From an uncultured Clostridiaceae bacterium (lineage in GTDB: Bacteria; Bacillota; Clostridia; TANB77; CAG-508), in assembly GCA_947642455.1 (NCBI GenBank), contig CANRSN010000008.1, forward strand, positions 15,389 to 79,388: DNA of 64,000 nt, written 5' to 3'. The translations under genes were made by a program, and so were the position numbers. Position 1 is the first letter of the stretch, and each line of letters starts with the position of its first letter. Under the pieces are notes generated by a model. It saw only the letters and a program-made list of their open reading frames with translations, searched no databases and was not told the DNA's origin. This document shows, one piece after another, positions 18,595 to 28,046 of the stretch.

Positions 18595-18864
18595 ATGAAG
18601 GCATTTGAAGTACGGAAAGCATCTGTTCAGCCACAGTACGATGTAGCAATGAAAGACATTGAACAGGCAAAGGAATGGGGATGGAAAAGTGCCCATGTAG
18701 GTCGTGGTACTTTGTACACTGAAGTTGCAGAAATGCTCGCCAATGATGGTTTTGATATCAAAATTGTCAAAAGAGCCAATGACTGCATGTCGTACAATGA
18801 GGTTTCTTGGGAAAATGCAGAAGAAGGCAAGAGGGGAACTATTACTTATGTAGATGAAACTTAG
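18595..18864 (+). CDS. hypothetical protein (89 aa), may continue to 18911 after a frame break
   Basis: RBS 'aggagg'. Past the TAG, the other frame encodes the acidic tail 'EEGTNEEDETDTETE' ending in taataa. Confidence 0.5.
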   Translation: MKAFEVRKASVQPQYDVAMKDIEQAKEWGWKSAHVGRGTLYTEVAEMLANDGFDIKIVKRANDCMSYNEVSWENAEEGKRGTITYVDET

Positions 18865-18970
18865 AAGAGGGAACCAACGAAGAAGATGAAACCGACACTG
18901 AAACTGAATAATAAGGCAAACGCAATGTGAAACTCTTGGAGAGGACTGGTATTACACTAGTTCTCTTTTT

Positions 18971-19131
18971 TATACAATAGGAAAGCATAGCAATTTGTTA
19001 TACTTTCCTATTATATAAAAGCTTCGCCAAACGTTCCATACAAAATTGCTAAAGCAATTTTGGCGGCGAACAAAGACGAGGCATAAAAAGTAATCTAAAA
19101 GGTAAATGTTTTAATCATGCCTCTTTTGTTC
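18971..19131 (+). repeat. three-hairpin intergenic element H2
   Basis: Same architecture as H1. The stems have different sequences but remain complementary (gaacaaagacgaggcat/atgcctcttttgttc). Confidence 0.7.
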
Positions 19132-19320
19132 TATACTTTCTAAGTCATAGAAAAGCTCTAAACAGAACTCTATGAAGTCTGTAAAGGCTAAGTTAGTTGG
19201 AACGGAAATTAAAGCAATTGCTATGAATTGCATTCAAATCATAATTGAAATAAAAAAATTTTTAAATATATTAGAGGAGTGATAGAATAATATACCACTC
19301 CATTCACTAAAAATTTCTCA

Positions 19321-19398
19321 TTAATTCCTCCATTTTTAATAGTTGTTTACTTGTTCTATATGTGTTAAACCAAAAAGTTAGAGGATATCCCTCACACT
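19321..19398 (-). repeat. structured leader, copy R (inverted partner of 15712-15790), followed by only a 4-codon ORF
   Basis: The reverse complement aligns with 15712-15790. After ggagg, the sequence ATGAGAAATTTTTAG follows. Confidence 0.6.
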
Positions 19399-19484
19399 TT
19401 AAATTTAACAAATTTAGTAAAATTAATTGTAATTTTAAATGAGTATGTTATACTTATATAAAGTAAAAACGTAGGAGGTAAAAA

Positions 19485-21083
19485 TTGAAAACAAAAAACA
19501 TTGGCTTAATAATTGTGATATTTATAATAATGTCACTAATTATAACAGTAAGTAACATTTATGAAAATACTGAGGAAACCCAAAAACAGGGAGCTAAAGC
19601 AGAACAATTTAAAATAATATCAAGTACAGAAAATAAAGACCTAGAAAAAATATTATTAGATTATGCAAAAAATGAAAAAATAAACTTGAAAATAGAATAT
19701 GCAGGAACAATTGATATAATGGATAAAATAAATTCTGGAGAACAATATGATGCAGTATGGGCTTCAAATTCAATATGGTTATACATGTTAGAAAACAGTA
19801 GCAAAATAAAAAATTCAAAATCAATAAGTATAAATCCAGTAGTATTTGGAATAAAAAAATCAAAAGCAAGAGAGTTAGGATTTATAGAAAAAGAGGTTTA
19901 TACAAAAGACATACTACAAGCAATAGAACAAGGAAAGTTAAAATTTACAATGTCATCAGCAACAAGAACAAATACAGGAGCTACAGCATATTTAGGTTTT
20001 TTAAATACTTTAGCAGGTTCTCCAGAAGTATTAACAAAAGAGCATTTAAGTTCAAGTCAAATAAAACAATCACTTACAAAATTCTTTACAGGAGTAACAC
20101 GTTCATCAGGGAGTGACGAATTTTTAGATAGTATGTTTATAAATGGAGATTATGAAGCAGTAATTACGTATGAGACTTCAATAATAAATATCAACAAAAG
20201 GTTACAAGAAAGTGGAAAAGAGCCATTATATATTGTATATGCAAAAGATGGTGTATCAATTTCAGACTCTCCATTTGCATATATAGATAATAAAAATGAG
20301 AAAAAAGCAGAAGAATTTCAAAAAATACAATCATATTTATTAAGTATGGAAGGACAAAATGAATTAGTAAAAACAGGTAGAAGAGTGTGGTATGGCGGAA
20401 TAAATGAAAATGTAGATAAAACAGTATTTAATCCAGAATGGGGAATAGATACTACTAAATATATAGTACCTGTAAAATATCCAAATGCACAAGTAATAAA
20501 AGAGGCTTTAGCGGTATATCAAGAAGAGTTTAGAAAACCAGTTCATACAATATTTTGTTTAGATTATTCTGGTAGTATGTATGGAGATGGAAACAAGCAA
20601 TTAGTAAAGGCAATGGAATATATATTAACACAAGAAAGTGCAAAAAAAGATTTATTACAATTTTCAAGTAAAGACAAAATTACAGTAATAACATTTTCAA
20701 ATAAAATATTAAATACTTGGAATACTTTAGATGGAAGTAAGACTTCACAAATAATAAATAAAATAAAGGAAGAACGTCCAGTAGGAGGAACAGATATATA
20801 TACAACAGCACAAAAGGCACTAGAAATATTAGAAAAGGAAGATATGAATACATATAATACATCAATTATATTAATGACAGATGGAAACTCGAATAGGGGA
20901 TCATATAGAGACTTAGAAAATGCATACAACAAAGTAAATATAGATATTCCAATATATAGTATAATGTTTGGAGAAGCATCAGACAAACAATTAAATGAAA
21001 TAGCAAATTTAACAAATGCAAAAGTTTTTGATGGAAGAACAAATTTATTACAAGCATTCAAAGAAGTGAGAGGCTATAATTAA
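19485..21083 (+). CDS. membrane-anchored periplasmic-binding-protein-like plus von Willebrand factor A domain protein
   Basis: TTG start with RBS aggagg. N-terminal TM helix. MIDAS 'DYSGSM', 'GGTDI' and 'LMTDG'. Confidence 0.75.
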   Translation: MKTKNIGLIIVIFIIMSLIITVSNIYENTEETQKQGAKAEQFKIISSTENKDLEKILLDYAKNEKINLKIEYAGTIDIMDKINSGEQYDAVWASNSIWLYMLENSSKIKNSKSISINPVVFGIKKSKARELGFIEKEVYTKDILQAIEQGKLKFTMSSATRTNTGATAYLGFLNTLAGSPEVLTKEHLSSSQIKQSLTKFFTGVTRSSGSDEFLDSMFINGDYEAVITYETSIININKRLQESGKEPLYIVYAKDGVSISDSPFAYIDNKNEKKAEEFQKIQSYLLSMEGQNELVKTGRRVWYGGINENVDKTVFNPEWGIDTTKYIVPVKYPNAQVIKEALAVYQEEFRKPVHTIFCLDYSGSMYGDGNKQLVKAMEYILTQESAKKDLLQFSSKDKITVITFSNKILNTWNTLDGSKTSQIINKIKEERPVGGTDIYTTAQKALEILEKEDMNTYNTSIILMTDGNSNRGSYRDLENAYNKVNIDIPIYSIMFGEASDKQLNEIANLTNAKVFDGRTNLLQAFKEVRGYN

Positions 21084-21095
21084 GGAGGAAAAACA

Positions 21096-21725
21096 TTGAA
21101 AAAGCCACATATATATTCAGCCTTATTAGGTGGAACATTTTTTGCAATACCATATTTGGCACTAGGAGTGGAAGTTATACCAGCAACGTTACTAGGAATA
21201 TCAGCATTTGGAGCAGGTATGTTAGTATTTAGAAATATAGGTAATAGTAAAATTACATACGAATTACAAGAAGAAGCAGATATAATAAAAAAATCAAAAG
21301 AAAATACAATAAGACTTAAAGAGATTTCAAAATTAGTAGAAGATGAAAATCTAATAAAAAATGTAAATACAATATACGAAACCTCTAATAAGATAATAAA
21401 AGCAATAGAAAGTAAGCCAACTAAAATTTCTGGTGCTAGAAATTTTTTGAATTACTATTTACCAGTTACCATAAAAATTTTAGAAAGGTATGACGAAATA
21501 GAAAACCAAAAGCTAACAACAAATGACAGTAAAAGATTTATGAATTCTATTGAGAATATGGTAGAAAAAATAAAAAATGCTTTTGAGATTCAACTAAATA
21601 ACATATATCAGCCAGAAATGATAGATACAGATGCAGAAATAAAGGTATTTGAGGCAATGCTTAAGTCAGATGGTTTTTTAGAAGATATAAATATAGATAA
21701 AAGCGCAGAGAACAAAAATATGTAA
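21096..21725 (+). CDS. xpaC: XpaC-like (5-bromo-4-chloroindolyl phosphate hydrolysis family) membrane protein
   Basis: Two N-terminal TM helices plus a helical C-terminal domain. It lies next to a TelA/YaaN-like gene, as in the B. subtilis yaaN-xpaC pair. The assignment rests on recalled similarity. Confidence 0.5.
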   Translation: MKKPHIYSALLGGTFFAIPYLALGVEVIPATLLGISAFGAGMLVFRNIGNSKITYELQEEADIIKKSKENTIRLKEISKLVEDENLIKNVNTIYETSNKIIKAIESKPTKISGARNFLNYYLPVTIKILERYDEIENQKLTTNDSKRFMNSIENMVEKIKNAFEIQLNNIYQPEMIDTDAEIKVFEAMLKSDGFLEDINIDKSAENKNM

Positions 21726-21779
21726 TGTTAAGTAAAAGCTAAGTAATCACGTATAAAAATAGCACTTTGGAATTAAAAA

Positions 21780-22934
21780 ATGGAAAGGAAGGATGAAAAG
21801 TTGAAAGCAAAAAAAGAAATATGGATAGGTCTGGGAATACTTATAATTTTAATCCTAGTAGTAATTGGAATAAAATTAGTATTAGATAGCAAAGAAATAT
21901 CAGAGGCAGACTTAAAACCAGTATATATTGCAACAGGTGGAGGAAAAGAAAATTTTTTAGCAGATGAGGAAATTCAAAAAATAGTAAAAACAAAATATAA
22001 ATTAAATCCAATATATGATAATTGGAGTAATGGAAAGCTAATAAAAAATCCATTAGTAAGGGAAGATGGAACAACTAAGTATGATGTAATGTTTGCTTCA
22101 GATCAACGTTTTTACGACTATTACAAAGTATCACCAGATAAAACAAAAGGAGAAGCAGATCGTTATAATGTATTAAAAGGAGGGCTTACTTTAAATACAC
22201 CAATAGTTATATATAGCTGGGATACAGTAGTAGATGCCTTAATAGAGCAAAATATTGTTACAAAAAAAGGTGAAGTTTATTATATTACAGATATGAATAA
22301 ATTAATACAATACATATTAGAAGGAAAAAAATGGTCAGACATAGGGTTAGATATGTTATATGGAAGTATAAATATAGATTCAACAGATCCTGTAACTTCA
22401 TCACCAGGTGCAACTTACTATGGATTACTACTGTCCATAATGTGTGAAGGGAATGTTACAGAAGAAAAATTAAGAGAAAATTTACCAAAACTAAAAGAAT
22501 TTTATATAAAATCAGGATATATGAATAATACCCCAGCAGATTTATTTGAATTATATTTAAAAACTGGAGTTGGTGGAAAACCAATGATAGTAGATTATGA
22601 AAAAAGTGTAATAGATTTTGCAAATTCTAATCCAGATGGATGGAATCAGGTAAAAGATAAAATAAGAATTTTATATCCAACACCAACAATTTGGAATTCT
22701 CACTGTGTGGCAACTTTTACGGAAAATGGAAATGAATATTATAATATTTACAATGACTCACAAATTCAACAAATAGCGTGGTCAAAATATGGATTTAGAA
22801 CAGGTGTTACAGGTGGAAATTACGATGTTACACAAGTAAACGTATCAGGAATACCACAAAGTATAGATAGTACAGTATCAAGCTTAAAAATGAATATGTA
22901 TGAAGAATTGATTGCATATTTAAGTAATAAATAA
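21780..22934 (+). CDS. membrane-anchored substrate-binding-protein-like protein
   Basis: N-terminal TM helix. The PBP-like body resembles the N-terminal half of 19485-21083 ('DPVTSSPGATYYGLL' versus 'TRTNTGATAYLGFL'). Confidence 0.55.
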   Translation: MERKDEKLKAKKEIWIGLGILIILILVVIGIKLVLDSKEISEADLKPVYIATGGGKENFLADEEIQKIVKTKYKLNPIYDNWSNGKLIKNPLVREDGTTKYDVMFASDQRFYDYYKVSPDKTKGEADRYNVLKGGLTLNTPIVIYSWDTVVDALIEQNIVTKKGEVYYITDMNKLIQYILEGKKWSDIGLDMLYGSINIDSTDPVTSSPGATYYGLLLSIMCEGNVTEEKLRENLPKLKEFYIKSGYMNNTPADLFELYLKTGVGGKPMIVDYEKSVIDFANSNPDGWNQVKDKIRILYPTPTIWNSHCVATFTENGNEYYNIYNDSQIQQIAWSKYGFRTGVTGGNYDVTQVNVSGIPQSIDSTVSSLKMNMYEELIAYLSNK

Positions 22935-22951
22935 AAGAAAGGAAGATAAAA

Positions 22952-24118
22952 ATGGAAGAAAATATTGAATTAAAAGTAGTATCTGATATAGATACAAAAG
23001 AAGTTGAAACAGCATTATTACAAACTAAAAAAGTAACAGAGGAGGTAGTAGAAAAATCATTAAATTATGATGCATTATTACCAGAAGAGAAGAAAGCAAT
23101 AGACGAATTCTTGGAAAAAGTAGATGTAAGTAATACTGCACAAGTTTTACAATATGGAGCAAGTGCACAAAATAATATATCTAAGTTTTCAGATAGTGTA
23201 CTTCAAGATGTGAAAACAAAAAGTACAGGAGAAGTTGGAAATTTATTATCAGATTTAGTTGTTCAAATAAAAGATTTTGACACAGATATAGAAGAAGGAG
23301 GAAAAACAGGATTATTTGCAATATTTAACTCTGCTAAAAAACAAGTAGAAAAGATAGTAGCAAAATATAATAAGGTAGAAAATAATATAGCTAAAATAGA
23401 AAAAGAGTTAGAAAGTCATAAAATTCAAATGATGAAGGATATAGCTATATTTGATACAATGTATGAAAAAAATTTACAATATTTTAAAGAATTGTCTTTA
23501 TACATAATTGCTGGAGAGAAAAAGCTAGAAGAATTAAGAAATGTTGTATTGCCAGAAATGCAGAAAAAAGCTACAGAAAGTAAAGATCAGATAGATGCAC
23601 AAGCAGTAAATGATATGGTAAATACAATAAATCGTTTTGAAAAGAAAATATATGATTTAAAAACTACAAGAATAATATCAATTCAAATGGCACCACAAAT
23701 TAGATTAATACAAAATAATGATAGTGAATTGGTTGAAAAAATACAAAGTTCTTTAATAAATACAATTCCACTTTGGAAAAATCAAATAGTAATAGCACTA
23801 GGTTTAACTAATGCAAAAAGTGCTTTGGGAGCTCAAAAACAAGTAACTGATATGACAAATGAAATGTTAAAGAAAAATAGTGAATTGTTAAAACAAGGAA
23901 CAATAGAAATTGCAGCAGAATCAGAAAAGGCTATCGTCGATGTTGCAACACTTCAAAAAACAAATCAAGATATTATAGAAACTTTAGATAAGGTAATCGA
24001 AATCCATGAAGAAGGTAGAACTCAAAGAAAAATAGCAGAGGCAGAATTAGAAAATATAGAAGGTCAATTAAAAGATAAACTTTTAGAAATAAAAATTGCT
24101 AGTGGAAAAGAGGAATAA
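22952..24118 (+). CDS. telA: TelA/YaaN-family toxic anion resistance protein
   Basis: The length, all-helical character and conserved N-terminal region 'VLQYGASAQNNISKFSD' fit the TelA family (from memory). Confidence 0.65.
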   Translation: MEENIELKVVSDIDTKEVETALLQTKKVTEEVVEKSLNYDALLPEEKKAIDEFLEKVDVSNTAQVLQYGASAQNNISKFSDSVLQDVKTKSTGEVGNLLSDLVVQIKDFDTDIEEGGKTGLFAIFNSAKKQVEKIVAKYNKVENNIAKIEKELESHKIQMMKDIAIFDTMYEKNLQYFKELSLYIIAGEKKLEELRNVVLPEMQKKATESKDQIDAQAVNDMVNTINRFEKKIYDLKTTRIISIQMAPQIRLIQNNDSELVEKIQSSLINTIPLWKNQIVIALGLTNAKSALGAQKQVTDMTNEMLKKNSELLKQGTIEIAAESEKAIVDVATLQKTNQDIIETLDKVIEIHEEGRTQRKIAEAELENIEGQLKDKLLEIKIASGKEE

Positions 24119-24258
24119 TGTTTCGTAGTAGTTACAATATTTTATTAAAAAATTACATAAAGTATTGCAAATTTATGTCAAGTATGCTAAAATATAGCGT
24201 AGATGGTAAGAACCATAATGTAAATAAGTATAAAAAACACATTTTTAAGGAGGACAAT

Positions 24259-25713
24259 ATGAAAGTGAAGCGGTTATTTTTAAATCTTTTAGTATCAACT
24301 TTTATAGCAATTGGTGGTATTACAGCAAATGCAACAGAAAACGAGCGGGCAGAATTGCCATATGTAGTGGAAGAAGGCAGTGTATATTTTGATAGCTGTG
24401 AGAATTTTGGCAGTGGGGCAAGTAGAGTAGTAAACAAGGAAAATGAGTATGTCACTGTTCCCTGTTATGCAGGTATTAATGGCTATGCTTATGTAGATGC
24501 TAATGGTCATACTATGGAATATAAGTATGACGAAGCCACAAATAATATTGAAATTCCCGAAGCGCCACAAGGTGCAGTAATGTTATTTAAACATTTTAGG
24601 AGCGAGAATTACAGAAATGGCTGGGTTGCAGCAGATAAGGTGAAAGAAAGAGAAGAAAATGGCATTTCAGAAATTCCTGAAGCAGAAGTAGAAACAGAGA
24701 ATGAAGTAGAGCTTCAGCCAGATGTGTTATTGGATGAAGAAACACAGAAAATGGAATTTACAGAATATTCTAATGAAACTGTACCAGAGTTAGAAACACA
24801 GCAGGAACCAAAAGTTGCAGTAGTTGTGCAACCTATTATACCAACAGTAAAAGTTATTGATGCAACATCTGAGGGAAAAGAAAAAAGGCAAAGGCAATAT
24901 GATATTGCAAAGGCAAAAGCTCAGGAGCTTGAAGGAGAAACCGAAGCTAACAATGAAAATCAGGAGACTTCAAATGAGGTTGAAACAATATCAGGAGAGG
25001 AGACTAAATCTGCAGTAAGGGTAATAGATGCAACATCTGAAGGAAAGGAAAGACGTCGCAAAGAAGCACAGAGCGAAATGGAACAGGAGACTTCAAATGA
25101 GGTTGAAACAATATCAGGAGAGGAGACTAAATCTGCAGTAAGGGTAATAGATGCAACATCTGAAGGAAAGGAAAGACGTCGCAAAGAAACACAGAGCGAA
25201 ATGGTAGCAAAGGTAGCACGTGAAGAGAAAGAAGATATAATATCAAATACTTCACAAACTATAGTGGATAACATATTAGAAAATATTGACATAAAGAATG
25301 AGTTAGAACCTCAAGTAGCAACCAATAGTGAAATTAGCGAAGAAACAACTGAAGGAGGAAGTCAACCACCAGCAAACAATGAAAATATTGAGGTAGCAAT
25401 AGAAGGAGGAAGTCAACCGCCAGCAGACAATGAAAATGTTGAGGTAGCAATAGAAGGAGGAAGTCAACCGCCAACTGATAATGAAAATGTTGAAGGAGTA
25501 ACTGAAGTAAACAACGAAGTTGTAACAAGTGTGAGCGAAACAGGAAATAGCCAAGTGGCTAAACTTATAAATGTAACAATAAACAACAGCGATGGTACTG
25601 TTAATCAAATACAAGTAGCAGTAAATATTCCAAATGAGTTTGTCAGTGAAGAGGAATTAAATCAATTAATTGATATGCTAGATTTAGCGAATATCAATAT
25701 TTATCAAAAATAG
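24259..25713 (+). CDS. secreted acidic tandem-repeat protein
   Basis: RBS aaggagg. Signal peptide 'MKVKRLFLNLLVSTFIAIGGITANA'. Contains 41-aa x2 and 17-aa x3 repeats. Confidence 0.7.
   Translation: MKVKRLFLNLLVSTFIAIGGITANATENERAELPYVVEEGSVYFDSCENFGSGASRVVNKENEYVTVPCYAGINGYAYVDANGHTMEYKYDEATNNIEIPEAPQGAVMLFKHFRSENYRNGWVAADKVKEREENGISEIPEAEVETENEVELQPDVLLDEETQKMEFTEYSNETVPELETQQEPKVAVVVQPIIPTVKVIDATSEGKEKRQRQYDIAKAKAQELEGETEANNENQETSNEVETISGEETKSAVRVIDATSEGKERRRKEAQSEMEQETSNEVETISGEETKSAVRVIDATSEGKERRRKETQSEMVAKVAREEKEDIISNTSQTIVDNILENIDIKNELEPQVATNSEISEETTEGGSQPPANNENIEVAIEGGSQPPADNENVEVAIEGGSQPPTDNENVEGVTEVNNEVVTSVSETGNSQVAKLINVTINNSDGTVNQIQVAVNIPNEFVSEEELNQLIDMLDLANINIYQK
24961..25206 (+). 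repeat. 123-bp near-identical tandem repeat x2 inside a CDS
   Basis: 'caggagacttcaaatgaggttgaaac...' restarts at 25084. A diverged partial copy lies around 24852. Confidence 0.9.
25351..25503 (+). repeat. 51-bp tandem repeat x3 inside a CDS
   Basis: 'gaaggaggaagtcaacc(a/g)cc...' begins at 25351, 25402 and 25453. Confidence 0.9.
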
Positions 25714-25821
25714 AATATAGGAAAATAAAATATTGAAAAAAAATTAAAAATGTGATAATATAATAGCCAATGAGATGTAAGTACATTTCGTTGGCTATTT
25801 GTACCTATAGAGGTGAAAAAA

Positions 25822-26683
25822 ATGATAAAATTTACAAAAATGGAAGGGCTAGGTAATGACTATGTTTATATTGATTGCTATTCAAAAGAGCAACAAATAA
25901 AAAACATGTCTAACCTAGCTCAAATTATTAGTAACAGGCATTATGGAGTTGGTTCAGATGGATTAATTCTAATTTGCAAAAGTAAAGTTGCAGATTTTAA
26001 AATGAGAATGTTCAACAATGATGGAAGTGAAGCAGAAATGTGTGGAAATGGGATCAGGTGTGTTCGGGAAATTTGTATATGACAAAAATCTTACACAAAA
26101 AGAAGAAATAACTGTAGAAACATTAGCAGGAATAAAAAAATTAAAACTAAACATAGAAAATAAAAAAGTTAAAACAGTTAAAGTTGATATGGGAGAGCCT
26201 ATTTTAGAACCAGAGAAAATACCAGTAATTACAGAAAAATGTGATATACCTGTTAAAGATCTAGATTTACAGATAATAGATAAAAAATTTAGTTTTACTT
26301 GCATATCTATGGGAAACCCACATGCAGTTACTTTTATAGATAATATAAAAGAATTCGAATTAGAGAAATATGGAAGTATAGTAGAAACGGATAAGCATTT
26401 TCCTAAAAAAGTAAATGTTGAATTTATAAAATTAGTAAATGAAACATATATGCAAATGAGAGTATGGGAAAGAGGTTCAGGAGAAACTTTAGCTTGTGGA
26501 ACAGGTGCATGTGCCACAGTTGTAGCAGCAATATTAAATGGTTATGCAAGTAAAAATACATCCATAACAGTTGAATTATTAGGAGGAAAACTAGAAATAG
26601 AGTGGAATGAGACTGATAATCATATATATATGACAGGTCCAGCAAATATAGTATTTGAGGGAAATATGGAAATAGAATACTAA
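25822..26683 (+). pseudogene. dapF: diaminopimelate epimerase with a 1-nt frame break near 26060-26070
   Basis: '[10 protein letters not shown]' and 'MCGNGIRC' are in one frame. '[10 protein letters not shown]...NPHAV...ACGTGACA' is in the +1 frame. Removing one base restores 'CGNGIRC(F/V)GKFVYD'. Confidence 0.85.
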
Positions 26684-26813
26684 TAACACAGCAGATAATA
26701 TATCTGAGTACTTACAATTAATGAAATAAAAAATATTACTTAATAGAAAAATTAATGAGGTTATAGGTAAATCCTCTTGAAAACCTAAATAAAAAAAGAA
26801 TGGAATAAAAATT

Positions 26814-28031
26814 ATGATAAAATTAAATGAAAATTATTTAAAATTACAAGATAGCTATTTATTCTCAACAATAGCTAAAAAGGTATCTGAATTTCAAGAA
26901 AAAAATCCAAACAAAAGAGTGATAAAATTAGGAATTGGAGATGTAACACTTCCAATTGCACCAACTATAATAGAAAACATAAAAAAATCAGCAGATGAAA
27001 TGTCAAAAAAAGAGACGTTCAAAGGTTATGGACCAGAGCAAGGATATGATTTCCTTAGAGAAAAAATAGTCCAATTTGACTATAAAACAAGAAAAATAGA
27101 AATTGAAAAAGATGAAATCTTTGTGTCAGATGGAGCAAAATGTGATACAGCAAATATACAAGAATTATTTTCAGTAGATAACATTGTAGCCATTACAGAC
27201 CCAGTATATCCAGTATATTTAGATACAAATGTAATGGCAGGGAGAAGTGGAAATTTTAATAAAGAAACAGGAAAGTTTGATAAAATTGTATATATGAAAG
27301 TATGTGCAGAAAATGACTTTAAACCAGAAATTCCAAAAGAAAAAGTAGACTTAATATATTTGTGTTTTCCAAACAATCCTACAGGAACAGTATTAAATAA
27401 AATAGAGTTAAAAAAATGGGTAGACTATGCAAAAGAAAATAAAGCTATAATTTTATTTGATTCAGCATATGAGGGCTTTATTGTAGAAGATAATGTACCA
27501 CATAGTATATATGAAATAGAAGGTGCAAAAGAAGTCGCAATAGAATTTAGAAGTTTTTCAAAAACAGCAGGATTTACAGGTTTACGTTGTGCATATACAG
27601 TTGTACCAAAAGAATTAAAAATAGATGGAATAAGTTTAAACAAATTGTGGAATAGACGACAAACTACCAAATTTAATGGAGTATCATATATAATTCAAAA
27701 AGCAGCAGAAGCTGTATATACAGAAGAAGGACAAAAACAGATTAAACAAAATATAGAGTATTATAGAGAAAATGCAAGAATAATAAGAGAAGGATTAATA
27801 AGTGCTGGATATACTGTATATGGAGGAGTAAATGCACCATATATATGGTTAAAAGTACCAAACAATATGAAGTCTTGGGAATTTTTTGATGAGCTATTAA
27901 GTAAAGCTAATGTAGTAGGAACTCCAGGCTCTGGTTTTGGACCAAGTGGAGAGGGGTATTTTAGATTAACAGCATTTGGAAATAGAGAAGATACAATTGA
28001 AGCAATACAAAGAATAAAAAAACTAAAATAA
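26814..28031 (+). CDS. dapL: LL-diaminopimelate aminotransferase
   Basis: '[20 protein letters not shown]', 'LGIGDVTLP' and the PLP-lysine motif '[12 protein letters not shown]'. Confidence 0.85.
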   Translation: MIKLNENYLKLQDSYLFSTIAKKVSEFQEKNPNKRVIKLGIGDVTLPIAPTIIENIKKSADEMSKKETFKGYGPEQGYDFLREKIVQFDYKTRKIEIEKDEIFVSDGAKCDTANIQELFSVDNIVAITDPVYPVYLDTNVMAGRSGNFNKETGKFDKIVYMKVCAENDFKPEIPKEKVDLIYLCFPNNPTGTVLNKIELKKWVDYAKENKAIILFDSAYEGFIVEDNVPHSIYEIEGAKEVAIEFRSFSKTAGFTGLRCAYTVVPKELKIDGISLNKLWNRRQTTKFNGVSYIIQKAAEAVYTEEGQKQIKQNIEYYRENARIIREGLISAGYTVYGGVNAPYIWLKVPNNMKSWEFFDELLSKANVVGTPGSGFGPSGEGYFRLTAFGNREDTIEAIQRIKKLK

Positions 28032-28046
28032 TCAGAAACTATCAGC

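Noticed and set aside
24852-25503. Possible CRISPR or other non-coding repeat array
   Set aside because: The repeats are in frame inside a long ORF with a signal peptide, so they are protein-coding tandem repeats.
25714-26813. Lysine (L-box) riboswitch upstream of dapF or dapL
   Set aside because: The upstream gaps (about 100 and about 130 nt) are too short. They lack the conserved L-box helices. Only a terminator-like hairpin (25764-25800) is present.
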